Positions 1-8,605 of a DNA stretch of 38,159 nucleotides are shown piece by piece. The first letter of the stretch is position 1. The number at the start of each line of letters is the position of its first letter. The stretch is from a virus (lineage: Duplodnaviria > Heunggongvirae > Uroviricota > Caudoviricetes), in the IMG/VR virus record IMGVR_UViG_3300045988_123528, positions 1 to 38,159 of that record. One strand, given 5' to 3'. A program made the translations under genes and the position numbers. Under the pieces are notes generated by a model. That model was not told the DNA's origin. It ran no database searches and saw only the letters and a list, made by a program, of their open reading frames with translations.

Positions 1-42
1 AATGTGAATTTTCCCTATAGCATGGAAGTTTTTACATAAAAG

Positions 43-69
43 AACCCAATATTGATTGGGTTCTTTTTT
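43..69 (+). terminator. Rho-independent terminator of an upstream host gene
   Basis: Hairpin GAACCCAAT / ATTGGGTTC followed by a T-run. Confidence 0.5.
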
Positions 70-361
70 CTCTATCAGTGCTATTAGCAGGGAGAGATAT
101 CACCGTAGTTTAATGTGTGATTTTTATTTATCGTCGAACCTGGATTGTTTATCATTGGCCTTAACAAAGCTAACGGCTAATAAGATTATTTCCATCACTT
201 CGTGAGAGCTTCATGCCTTGAGAGGATCTCAATTTTCTTTTGCAATGAGACAGGCGCTTCCTGTTGTTATGGTATAGTACCCCGCTATTGAGCCTCCTGA
301 ACAGTGATGCTGAATAACATAACCCCATGATATATCGATAAAATAATCTCTACATTTGAAA

Positions 362-484
362 ATGCACGGTAATTCTGAAATGCAAAAAATCAACCAAACC
401 AGCGCAATGCCTGAAAAAACTGACGTTCACTGGAGTGGTCGGTTTAGCGTTGCACCAATGCTCGATAGGATGTACCGTTTTTGA
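362..484 (+). pseudogene. dusA: Displaced original 5' end of dusA, truncated by prophage insertion
   Basis: Reads MHGNSEMQKINQTSAMPEKTDVHWSGRFSVAPMLD then unrelated residues and a stop; about 80% nt identity to the intact dusA start at 38009. Confidence 0.6.
439..465. repeat. attL core region (segment shared with attR, ends in ATGCTCGA)
   Basis: TCGGTTTAGC and ATGCTCGA are identical in both dusA 5' copies; sequence diverges into phage DNA immediately after. Confidence 0.5.
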
Positions 485-505
485 AAAACAACTAGTTATA
501 CACTT

Positions 506-530
506 TGTGGGAGCCTATTGGGAACCTGTT
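506..530. repeat. Putative integrase arm-type binding sites (GGGA[GA]CC motifs) next to attL
   Basis: TGTGGGAGCC and TGGGAACCTGT; the 11-mer TGGGAACCTGT recurs near attR at about 37956. Confidence 0.35.
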
Positions 531-719
531 ATTCTTAGAAAGCATCATTTGCTCATCACTTCAATTGACCATGGTTAAAGCCAGCTATAAACTTGACAAA
601 CGAGGTAACTGGTTGCTTAGGCCCAAGTGGGCACACCATAAGAAGCTCGTGTTGGTGATGAAGCAACCCATGAAGTATCGAGAATAATTATAAAGTTCAC
701 TATCTTTGAGGTTTCTTAT

Positions 720-1292
720 ATGTTTTGCGAAGAAAAAGTAGCTCAAATGGCTGCATACCTACTTCTTAAGCGAGGTGGGCGCATGGCATATCTGAAATTG
801 ATGAAGTTGCTCTATCTGTCTAACCGCCAGTCGATTTTGAAGCATGGCAGGATGATCGGCGAAGATAGCCTTTACTCTATGAAATTTGGACCAGTCATGT
901 CGAATACGCTGAACTTGATTCGCGGTAAGGCTGAAGGCATTGGTGACTACTGGTACAACTTGATAGAGACGAACGGGCATAATGTATCGTTGCGTTCAGA
1001 TCCGAGGGAAATGGATGCAGACGAGGTCTTTGATGAATTGAGTCGTGCAGATATCCGGATTTTAGATGAAATCTATTCTCGGTATGGGCATATGAACCGA
1101 TTTGATCTCGCAAATATGACGCATTTAGAAAGCGTTTGTCCAGAGTGGCACGATCCTGGCAATTCTCGTAAGCCTATAGACCTGAAAGAAATGCTGATCA
1201 GTGAGGGTAAAAGCGAGGATGAGGCTAATCGCATAATTGGCAAAATGGAAGAATCTCAGAAACTTAAGGAATTTTCTTTGCAATTATCATGA
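720..1292 (+). CDS. Panacea-domain (DUF4065, SocA/PanA-like) protein, putative antitoxin
   Basis: 190 aa; KLMKLLYL and MKFGPV motifs recognised as the Panacea pattern; SD GAGG upstream; stop overlaps next start (ATGA). Confidence 0.55.
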   Translation: MFCEEKVAQMAAYLLLKRGGRMAYLKLMKLLYLSNRQSILKHGRMIGEDSLYSMKFGPVMSNTLNLIRGKAEGIGDYWYNLIETNGHNVSLRSDPREMDADEVFDELSRADIRILDEIYSRYGHMNRFDLANMTHLESVCPEWHDPGNSRKPIDLKEMLISEGKSEDEANRIIGKMEESQKLKEFSLQLS

Positions 1293-1708
1293 CGGATTAT
1301 CAGCCATACAGGAAAGGAACTGTGCTTGCCCCAACTGGGCCATGCAATCATCTTCATGTGATTTGTAATGATCCTGTTTATTACCCCGTTAACGATTGTT
1401 ATTGTGTTTTAGTTGTTAATATTTCTAGTATCAAGGATGGTGTCCCCCACGATCCGTCTTGCGTCTTGAATTCTGGTGATCATCGCTTTATCAAGCATCC
1501 AAGTTATGTTGTTTACGCTGAAGCTATAATTTGGCGAGTGGATAACATGGTTAGAAAGCAGCGATCGGGTGAGATTTCTGTTCATGATGATATGCCAGAA
1601 GCTACATTCAATAGAATTCTGGACGGTTTTGATATCTCTGATGAAGTTACGCCAAAGAACCTTAAATTTAAAAATAAATATTGCGTATCATCTATTGATG
1701 ATGAGTAA
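1289..1708 (+). CDS. Hypothetical protein, candidate toxin partner of the Panacea protein
   Basis: 139 aa, translationally coupled by ATGA overlap; residue pattern loosely reminiscent of a MazF/PemK-type fold (inference only). Confidence 0.4.
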   Translation: MTDYQPYRKGTVLAPTGPCNHLHVICNDPVYYPVNDCYCVLVVNISSIKDGVPHDPSCVLNSGDHRFIKHPSYVVYAEAIIWRVDNMVRKQRSGEISVHDDMPEATFNRILDGFDISDEVTPKNLKFKNKYCVSSIDDE

Positions 1709-1747
1709 ACAACAGGAATTGTTTCGGTATAACTTCAGGAGTTTTCT

Positions 1748-1921
1748 ATGGAAGATCAAAAAGCAACCAAGCCACAGGTTAAGTTCGACACAATGAAAGC
1801 ATTCGCAGGTATGGGTGCTGCTGTTGAAGTTCTGATGAAGGCTGCTCCTAATGCGTTCACTCACGCTACTGTCTCTGGTAAAGAGCAGCAGGGTAAGCTT
1901 CGTCGTCGCAAAGCAGCATGA
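1748..1921 (+). CDS. Small hypothetical protein (57 aa), basic C-terminus
   Basis: Strong SD CAGGAG 7 nt upstream of ATG; followed by a terminator; below the ORF-track size cutoff. Confidence 0.35.
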   Translation: MEDQKATKPQVKFDTMKAFAGMGAAVEVLMKAAPNAFTHATVSGKEQQGKLRRRKAA

Positions 1922-1941
1922 TCATAGCTGGTGCTTTTTGA

Positions 1942-1967
1942 AAACCCGCCTTTAGGCGGGTTTTTTA
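1942..1967. terminator. Bidirectional intrinsic terminator
   Basis: CCCGCC TTTA GGCGGG hairpin flanked by A-run and T-run, between convergent genes. Confidence 0.7.
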
Positions 1968-1968
1968 T

Positions 1969-2250
1969 TTAGTGATGTTCTTTGCCCTTCTGTTTGCTTG
2001 TTCTGACCTGTTCCCACTCGATACGTCCTTCTTCTCGTCTTTTGTCTATGTATTCCGCAAGATCCTGAATATTGATGCAACGTTTTGCTTTTTGTGATGT
2101 GCCGATGCGATATGTTGGAACGGGCAACTTACAAGCGTTTGCTTTTGCTTCTGCCGTGGCTGGACTCATGCCAAAGTACTTTTGGCTAACTGCTGAGAGT
2201 TCAATGTTAGGGGTATTGAATTCAGCCATCAGTAAAAACAAGGTGTTCAT
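1969..2250 (-). CDS. PrtN/excisionase-like small DNA-binding protein
   Basis: MNTLFLLMAEF...YFGMSPATA...LPVP start typical of the PrtN-like family; SD GGAG before this ATG; track ORF extends to a GTG at 2277. Confidence 0.5.
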   Translation of the reverse strand: MNTLFLLMAEFNTPNIELSAVSQKYFGMSPATAEAKANACKLPVPTYRIGTSQKAKRCINIQDLAEYIDKRREEGRIEWEQVRTSKQKGKEHH

Positions 2251-2286
2251 AATTTTCTCCATCAAAACCGGCTGCACCCGGGAAAA

Positions 2287-2862
2287 TCATAATTCTGTGC
2301 TGGTGGCAGGAATTAATTTCTGCCAGATAGCGGAAACATATTTTGCCTGATGACGGGCATCAGCCAGGGCGTTGTGCCGTTCGCCATCGAAAGGCATGTC
2401 CATTTTGGGGTCGAATCCGATGGAACGCCCAAGCGTAACGATCGTGCGTACATCGTGGTCATTCCAGTATGCCCACGGGCAGATTTGTCCTGCTCGCTCA
2501 TAAGCTCCACGTAAAATTACGTTGTCGAAGGTGGCTCCGTTACCCCAGACTTTTAAATATTTCGTATTGTCTGCGTGCCGGTTAATGAAATGATTTAGTT
2601 CTGAGAGAGCATCGCTGATCGACAAAGTATCATCAATACAGATTGCAGCTCGTGCTTCAGGGCTTTGTTTCAACCACCACAGGATGGTATCGCCGTCAGG
2701 TGTAGCTCCTTGCCCCATAGCACTTTCCAGGCTAACAACCGTATAGAATTCTTGTCCGATGTCTCCGGTTTCTGGAGTGAAGAACACCGCGCCAATGGAA
2801 ACGATCGGTGCATCCTTATTTTTCCCCATCGTCTCAAGGTCGATCATTAAGTTGTTCATCAC
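2287..2862 (-). CDS. Phage 3'-5' exonuclease (DnaQ-like)
   Basis: 191 aa; N-terminal MIDLETMG exonuclease motif. Confidence 0.75.
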   Translation of the reverse strand: MMNNLMIDLETMGKNKDAPIVSIGAVFFTPETGDIGQEFYTVVSLESAMGQGATPDGDTILWWLKQSPEARAAICIDDTLSISDALSELNHFINRHADNTKYLKVWGNGATFDNVILRGAYERAGQICPWAYWNDHDVRTIVTLGRSIGFDPKMDMPFDGERHNALADARHQAKYVSAIWQKLIPATSTEL

Positions 2863-3668
2863 TTCACCTCTTGTGATGGTTTTGCTGCAAAATACTCGAT
2901 ACCTTTATCCCAGATAGATTTTATGGTCGACCACGTGACTGGCACTTTAATTTCAATACGTCCGCTCCCGTCACAGGTATCGCAATCATCATCGCCAAAG
3001 CATTCCAGGCAGCTTATAAACGTAGTTTCTGAAAATTCACCGGATAGCGCCCCCTTAGCGCCGTTCTCGGCTGTTAGTCTCTTCGGCACCATAACCCAAC
3101 CATCCGGAGTTACCGGAGAGTTGCCAGACAGTGCGTTCTGCAATCGTTCCAGCTTAACGTATTCCTGAACCCTGTTTCCGTCGCACGCCTGAAGCCATTG
3201 CACAGCCTTTTGCGCATCAGTGTGAAAGGCACAAGTGCGACCGTCATCAAATTGCATTTCGTAGAGGTCAGCAACCTGTTTAAACTGCGTTTGTGGCAAC
3301 TTGTAAGCCTGGCTTGCAGGTACGGCACCATAGAGCATGGCAGCGCGGCAGGCGTTCCAGCCTTCATCAAAACCGACTATGCCATTATTTAAAGACGGAC
3401 GAGCATCTGGCACCACCGGCACTGGCTTGGCTATATATAGCGGCTGAACATACCAGCCCTTTGATAACCAACTGTCAGCAATGTTTTTACTCCTGGTTAT
3501 TGCCGGAATACCTAAGCCATTGTCTGAATGCAGCCATGCCACCGGATCCTCTTCCAGCGATGCCAGAGCAATTTCATAAGCACGGCGCTCAACATTGTCT
3601 CGCACGTCCATGCTGCTGATTCGTTCTTTGATTTCTTTAATCAGTTCTTTATCGGTAAATGTGGTCAT
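2859..3668 (-). CDS. Hypothetical phage protein with C-terminal CxxC-x5-CxxC zinc-ribbon motif
   Basis: 269 aa ORF in operon context; CLECFGDDDCDTC near C-terminus. Confidence 0.5.
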   Translation of the reverse strand: MTTFTDKELIKEIKERISSMDVRDNVERRAYEIALASLEEDPVAWLHSDNGLGIPAITRSKNIADSWLSKGWYVQPLYIAKPVPVVPDARPSLNNGIVGFDEGWNACRAAMLYGAVPASQAYKLPQTQFKQVADLYEMQFDDGRTCAFHTDAQKAVQWLQACDGNRVQEYVKLERLQNALSGNSPVTPDGWVMVPKRLTAENGAKGALSGEFSETTFISCLECFGDDDCDTCDGSGRIEIKVPVTWSTIKSIWDKGIEYFAAKPSQEVK

Positions 3669-4030
3669 TATGCTCCAGCCTCCGGTGCTTTTGGCATTAC
3701 TGCCCAGTGAGTGATGTTGACGTTTTCAAGGTCCCCGACCTGAAATGTCCACTGCCATTCTCCGGTTTCTTTTTGCCCCCATGTATACCAGAGAGAACGC
3801 CAGCCAATCAGCCAGCCTTCTCCATTAGCATCAAATAACAGAACACTTTCATTCGCTGGCGGCAGTTCAGCTGACACTGGTATTACTTTGTTTTCCAGTG
3901 CTGCACATTTAGCTTCAAGCGCATCAAATTTACGCACCAGGTATTCAGCATCCGTTTCATTCACTTTCAGATCTCGCGGTACACATTTCCCGCGAAGAAA
4001 TCCTTCCATTTCGAAAACATTCATGCGCAT
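3668..4030 (-). CDS. Hypothetical phage protein, YfdS-like by size and position
   Basis: 120 aa, start/stop overlaps with neighbours in the leftward operon. Confidence 0.45.
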   Translation of the reverse strand: MRMNVFEMEGFLRGKCVPRDLKVNETDAEYLVRKFDALEAKCAALENKVIPVSAELPPANESVLLFDANGEGWLIGWRSLWYTWGQKETGEWQWTFQVGDLENVNITHWAVMPKAPEAGA

Positions 4031-4557
4031 TTTCGTAACTCCGATAATTCGTTAAAGCGTTCCATAAACATCCCGTAGGCATGGCCTGGAGCCAGTGGAA
4101 TCACGTTGAACATCTCTGTTGCCGGGATACCTTCCAGTACAGGCCAGAAAGAGCCATCATCAAGCCCGAGATCGCGGCGTTCGGTTGCCAGCATGATGAG
4201 ATCGGCATATTTCACGGGCGTACTCATAACTGGGGGTAACCCGTATTTCTCACGGATTACGGCGTCTATTTTTTCTTCCATTTGTTTATAGTCAGGAAGA
4301 AGGCGTTTCAGTGGTGCGGGAATGTCCTGGCAATACGCTTCTGTTGCATCATGCATTAACGCTTCAAAAGCAAATTCCTGCGGCACCAACTGGCTGCAAA
4401 GAACCGCATGTTGGGCGACGCTGTAGAAGTGCGAAAGATGACCGGCAAAGCGACAGATATTTGAAAGGGAAACCGCGATATCGTTAATATCGATGTCGTC
4501 TTTATTTATCCTGTCATAATAAAAATGCTTCCCAGAAAAAGTTTTGATAAATGACAT
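4021..4557 (-). CDS. HD-domain phosphohydrolase (YfdR-like)
   Basis: HxxxxxxxxxxxHD-type motif (HAVLCS...LMHDATEAY); start set at the internal ATG; track ORF extends to 4584. Confidence 0.65.
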   Translation of the reverse strand: MSFIKTFSGKHFYYDRINKDDIDINDIAVSLSNICRFAGHLSHFYSVAQHAVLCSQLVPQEFAFEALMHDATEAYCQDIPAPLKRLLPDYKQMEEKIDAVIREKYGLPPVMSTPVKYADLIMLATERRDLGLDDGSFWPVLEGIPATEMFNVIPLAPGHAYGMFMERFNELSELRKCA

Positions 4558-4684
4558 TTTGTTCTCCACGTATATGCGCTGCACCGCGCTGAATTCTGGT
4601 AAAAAGAATCCCTCACCATCCGGCGATTATTGAGTAAATTACGTTTCCATAAATGCCCCCGCAGGGGCATTTGCAGTAATGAAA

Positions 4685-5509
4685 TCAGGCGGTGAAAGTA
4701 CCAATAAAGGTTTCTACTTTGCTGTCCTTGAATTTCTCAACAAGCAGATCACGAAATTCGTTAGCCATTTCTTCCTGCACCGCCTCCAGCTGAATAATGC
4801 GCAGAACCAGTACAGGACGATCGCCAGTGATAATGCTGAGGCGTAATTTAAACGGACGTTCTTTCAGACCTTCAAACGGAACGCATTTAAATTCAAATGC
4901 CACTGGCATAATGTCTTTGGTCTTCGCTTCGACAGACTCCATCAGGGAGCGTTTGCCGCTGAAGTCATTGTCTTCAAAATCAGCGGTCTGGTTCGCTTCA
5001 ATTGTGATTTTACGGATCGCCGCAGCCGCTTTGGTTGCCTGAATGGCGTCACCATTAGCATCAAAGCCCACAAGGTAGTCGGCCCAGTCTTCAATCCATT
5101 CTGCCAGTGACTTCTGGGAGTTACGCTCGCCATTAACAGACAACAGAGCAGAGAACGGTGCTGTCTTTTTCAGTTTGAGAGTGGCGGTGTTATCTGCGTG
5201 ACCTGGTTCATCAATAGTACCCAGGTTAAGCACACTGACTGCTCGCATATTATCGGCATCGATAAAGCAGCGGGTGCCTTCATCTGCAAGATCTTTAGAA
5301 TAACGGGTAAAGTCATCGATGCTGGCAGTGGAAAGTGCACCACGGAAACGGAAGCGATTTAAATTAAATTTTTCCAGATCATGAATGCGGAAATTCTCAG
5401 GCAATGCCACAGCATCGGCACCAATATTATTGATAATTTCATTAACACCCTGAGCAGAAATAAGGGCATGGATTTGATTAATTGCGGTTGCGTCTAAGTT
5501 CTGAGACAT
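4685..5509 (-). CDS. DUF2303 / YfdQ-like prophage protein
   Basis: 274 aa, the size of E. coli CPS-53 YfdQ; SD GAGGA upstream. Confidence 0.55.
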   Translation of the reverse strand: MSQNLDATAINQIHALISAQGVNEIINNIGADAVALPENFRIHDLEKFNLNRFRFRGALSTASIDDFTRYSKDLADEGTRCFIDADNMRAVSVLNLGTIDEPGHADNTATLKLKKTAPFSALLSVNGERNSQKSLAEWIEDWADYLVGFDANGDAIQATKAAAAIRKITIEANQTADFEDNDFSGKRSLMESVEAKTKDIMPVAFEFKCVPFEGLKERPFKLRLSIITGDRPVLVLRIIQLEAVQEEMANEFRDLLVEKFKDSKVETFIGTFTA

Positions 5510-5574
5510 AATAAGTCCTCACTATATAAAGATATTCAGTGATGAGATAAATAATCAGTTTATTAAAAGCGATA

Positions 5575-5937
5575 TTAACGACCTGCTGCGCGGAGTTTTC
5601 CGTCAGGTTCACCGGCAAGAGTCAGTAATTGTCCCTGGTCTTCCTGCAGAATAGTCAGGCGACCACCGCGATTGACATACATCGGCGTTTCGGTGGTGTC
5701 TTCTTCGGAAATTTTCCCGCGGTTAGTCGGGCGAACATATGAGAGTTTGTGTTTGATTTTCACACGGTTCTCATCAAATGGTTCGATTTCCAGGTTGAGC
5801 GAGACCTTACCTTTGGTTTTCGTGTTCATCACACCGGAAGCGACTTCACTGAGAACTGCGCCGATTTTGGTTTCAAATACGCCGCCGTCCAGCTCCCCAA
5901 TAAATGCCTGCACATCAGTACTGCGTTCGCTAGCCAT
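5575..5937 (-). CDS. YfdP-like hypothetical protein
   Basis: Start chosen at MASERSTD with SD GAGGAG 7 nt upstream; the track ORF extension to 6255 is GC-rich non-coding-looking. Confidence 0.55.
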   Translation of the reverse strand: MASERSTDVQAFIGELDGGVFETKIGAVLSEVASGVMNTKTKGKVSLNLEIEPFDENRVKIKHKLSYVRPTNRGKISEEDTTETPMYVNRGGRLTILQEDQGQLLTLAGEPDGKLRAAGR

Positions 5938-6374
5938 TTTGCTGCTCCTCATCATATCGACCCTGCAAGGCCGATTAGTTTCTCCACAAAACAGAGAAGA
6001 ACACCTGCGGCGGCAGCCGCCCGGATGGATTGGGTTATGAGCCCGTCGTCCGGTGATGCTCTTCTCTGTTTTGTAAAAAGGACGGTACCAGCCTGAAGCA
6101 AGGGTACAAACTGGTACCGCCAGGACTACACACAGCATAAAGTTGTGGTGCCGGGTGCCTCCCGGTGCCTGGCGAAGGTTGCACACCAGACGGGTGGGTA
6201 TCCACAGAAGGTCGACTGTCAGCCTCAACCTTAACCCGCGTGCGCTGAGCCGCATTCACCACAACGCTAAGGATTCTCTTTGGTTGAAAATACTTAGCTG
6301 TTATGTGCCTGTCTTTTCACCACTTCAGGCTCGGTGGTATCCTTTTAAGCCCGTATACATAAAAGGAAAATCAA
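5938..6374. other. Non-coding, hairpin-rich block (possible structured RNA or regulatory region)
   Basis: About 430 bp with no credible ORF; 17/18 bp inverted repeat at 5987-6003 / 6057-6074; perfect 9 bp inverted repeat CGGTACCAG / CTGGTACCG at 6083-6119; GCGGC..GCCGC hairpin. Confidence 0.4.
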
Positions 6375-6620
6375 ATGACTTTTGATGAAAAAGAACTTGA
6401 TAATGCAATTAATAAAATCATCGTAACGTCGCTCTTTTCCTGTCTCAGCGACACTCAGCAGAAACAGTTCTACGAATCGGCTTTCAACATGATCGAGCGT
6501 TGTTGTTTCTGCGATGCCGACGAGTTACCTGAAAAAATCAGGAAACAGTTGGCTGATGCTCTTCGAGTGCGACTTTCTGACCAATTTTCTGAAATGTACT
6601 CTCCGAATTTGGACAAATAG
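6375..6620 (+). CDS. Hypothetical small acidic protein, antisense to the leftward early operon
   Basis: 81 aa; SD AAGGA 6 nt upstream of ATG. Confidence 0.45.
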   Translation: MTFDEKELDNAINKIIVTSLFSCLSDTQQKQFYESAFNMIERCCFCDADELPEKIRKQLADALRVRLSDQFSEMYSPNLDK

Positions 6621-6813
6621 AAAAAGGCCATTTCCATTCAGGGTCTGATGGAAATACTTCAGCCTGTTCCAAAGCACGGCGTAAAGAGAACACAACTCCA
6701 GCCATAATCTGATGTTTCCCATTGGTCCAGCTATCGCCGCTCTGATCTACAGGGGCGGCTATGTCGTATGACCAAACGACTTCACAGTTATTGTTTAAAA
6801 TCTGGACTTTCAT
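6538..6813 (-). CDS. Hypothetical protein, first ORF downstream of PL (N-gene position)
   Basis: 91 aa; weak SD; overlaps 6375-6620 convergently by 83 bp, so one of the two may be spurious. Confidence 0.35.
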   Translation of the reverse strand: MKVQILNNNCEVVWSYDIAAPVDQSGDSWTNGKHQIMAGVVFSLRRALEQAEVFPSDPEWKWPFSICPNSESTFQKIGQKVALEEHQPTVS

Positions 6814-6931
6814 TTTGTTCTTTAACCTCCAGATACGGGCGTTTAATTGCCCCGCCGAACAGCTCTTTTCCGCAATAGCTGCAATGTCTTTCGCGAATCA
6901 GCCTGCGCATTCACCACAACTCTAAAAACAA

Positions 6932-6984
6932 ATGTAGGATATCCAACATGCAAGTGTCAAGAGTTTATGTTGGTTATCCTACAT
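6932..6984 (-). promoter_or_regulatory. OL/PL: two 18 bp operator palindromes flanking a leftward TTGACA -35
   Basis: ATGTAGGATATCCAACAT (6932-6949) and ATGTTGGTTATCCTACAT (6967-6984); TGTCAA at 6954-6959 is TTGACA on the minus strand. Confidence 0.65.
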
Positions 6985-7046
6985 GAAAAGATAGGCTCAT
7001 AAAAAAACCGGGGATACCCCGGTTTTGCGATAGTGAGGAAGATGTG

Positions 7047-7700
7047 TCAAAAATCCATTATTACTTGTTTGACAAGACCAACTATTCTGCAGTTCTCACC
7101 GCATTCAATAGTTTTATAGTTAGGATTTAGTGGGACGAGATACCTGTTCGGCCAGTCCTCAACAAATTTTTTGAGTGTCGCTTCTTGCCCACCATTGATA
7201 TGGGCAACAACGATTTTTCCGTTAATACACTCTGTATCAATAATATCTGGCTCTACGATAACGATAGAACCTTCTGGTATCGATGGTGAGCCGAGGGGAT
7301 TGGTCATTGAATCACCACGGACCCGTAGTGCAAATGCCATTTCTGATACAAGGGCGGTAGTATAAACCCACTCTTCAGCATCTTCTTTCCTGACACCAGG
7401 CTCCGTCATTGTCCATGAACCCGCCTGAACCCACGAGATGAGGGGGACTTTTTTAACTGCGAATATTTCAGGTTTTAGATTTATCTTTGGTTCAGGCGAG
7501 CCTTTTCCGCTAACAAGCCACAGAGGATCGCATTTAAGTGCGTTGGCTAGGGCTTGAAGGTTGGCTCCATTTGGTTGGTAGTCGTCCTTTTCCCATCCAG
7601 TAACCGTGACACGGTTCACACCAGTCAAATCAGCCAGTGCTTGTTGTGTCAGGTTCAGTTCTTTTCGCCTTTGGCGAATACGATCACTCATGTTCATCAT
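7047..7700 (-). CDS. cI: CI-type prophage repressor (N-terminal HTH, C-terminal S24 LexA-like peptidase)
   Basis: HTH LTQQALADLTGVNRVTV; Ala-Gly site (VQAGSW); GDSM Ser and LKKF Lys of the S24 dyad. Confidence 0.85.
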   Translation of the reverse strand: MMNMSDRIRQRRKELNLTQQALADLTGVNRVTVTGWEKDDYQPNGANLQALANALKCDPLWLVSGKGSPEPKINLKPEIFAVKKVPLISWVQAGSWTMTEPGVRKEDAEEWVYTTALVSEMAFALRVRGDSMTNPLGSPSIPEGSIVIVEPDIIDTECINGKIVVAHINGGQEATLKKFVEDWPNRYLVPLNPNYKTIECGENCRIVGLVKQVIMDF

Positions 7701-7763
7701 GTAGGCAATCCTACCACATGCCCATGTAGGATTCTTGACATTGGCATGTTGGATATCCTACAT
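7698..7763. promoter_or_regulatory. OR region with PR (rightward) and probable PRM
   Basis: Operator copies at about 7724-7741 (ATGTAGGATTCTTGACAT, contains TTGACA -35) and 7746-7763 (ATGTTGGATATCCTACAT); a degenerate third copy overlaps the cI start. Confidence 0.6.
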
Positions 7764-7795
7764 TTCTGCTTAACGTAATTTAACGGGAGACAGAA

Positions 7796-7993
7796 ATGCG
7801 GAAATCCGACGTGATTAATTATTTCGGCGGAGTTTGTAAAACCGCCGAAGCCCTAGGTATTAAGCATCCGTCTGTTTCAGAGTGGCCTGAGATTATTCCT
7901 GAAGGCCGAGCGTACCAGTTAGAAAAAATTACTAACGGGAAACTGAAAGTTGACGTGTCTTTATATCAAAAGACTAACAGTGCTGCGGCATAA
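7796..7993 (+). CDS. cro: Cro-like transcriptional regulator
   Basis: 65 aa, divergent from cI, SD GGGAGA; Cro/YdaS-like sequence. Confidence 0.65.
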   Translation: MRKSDVINYFGGVCKTAEALGIKHPSVSEWPEIIPEGRAYQLEKITNGKLKVDVSLYQKTNSAAA

Positions 7994-8020
7994 AAACACC
8001 ACAGAAATGAGGAATTAACC

Positions 8021-8605
8021 GTGGGTAAAGAACCTGAATGGAAAGTTGATAAACAACCAGCATGGCTGGTGGCAGCAATACGAAGAACGATTGCTGATTT
8101 ACCTCATGGCTATGAGGAAGCAGCAGAAATTCTTGGTTTGTATAAATCTGATGATATCACCCCAGCAAAAGATCAATTGCATAACAGACTGCGTAGCGGT
8201 GGGGATCAAATTTTTCCACTTGAGTGGGCCATGGTTTTACAGGATGCCAGTGGTACCAGGCATGTAACAGATGCAATAGCCCGTCGTAGTAATGGGGTGT
8301 TTGTGCCGCTGGTGGTCATTGATGACATTGACAATGGTGACATTAATCAGCGGCTGATGGAGTCAATAGAATGGATTGGCAAGCATTCCCAGTACTTACG
8401 CAAGGCAACTGCTGATGGAGTTATTGACCAGGCTGAGCGTGAGCAAATCGAAGAGAACAGCTACCAAGTAATGGCGAAGTGGCAGGAGCATTTAACACTG
8501 TTATTTCGTGTTTTTTGTGCGCCGGAAAAGAGTAACGCCCGCGAGTGTGCAGCTCCGGGCGTCGTGGCGTCGATTGCTTCTGGTTGTGGAGAAACTAACG
8601 CATGA
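8021..8605 (+). CDS. Putative early regulatory protein (CII/YdaT-like position)
   Basis: 194 aa directly downstream of cro; family assignment uncertain. Confidence 0.4.
   Translation: MGKEPEWKVDKQPAWLVAAIRRTIADLPHGYEEAAEILGLYKSDDITPAKDQLHNRLRSGGDQIFPLEWAMVLQDASGTRHVTDAIARRSNGVFVPLVVIDDIDNGDINQRLMESIEWIGKHSQYLRKATADGVIDQAEREQIEENSYQVMAKWQEHLTLLFRVFCAPEKSNARECAAPGVVASIASGCGETNA

Noticed and set aside
505-687. 60 aa ORF just inside attL
   Set aside because: No convincing SD, lies in the att arm region with integrase-site-like repeats; likely non-coding.
5575-6255. Track ORF of 226 aa extending the YfdP-like gene upstream
   Set aside because: The upstream 105 codons run through GC-rich hairpin sequence with junk-like composition; a strong SD (GAGGAG) precedes the internal ATG at 5937, giving a 120 aa product.
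5938-6374. Retron or group II intron explanation for the structured block
   Set aside because: No reverse transcriptase or maturase ORF anywhere in the window.
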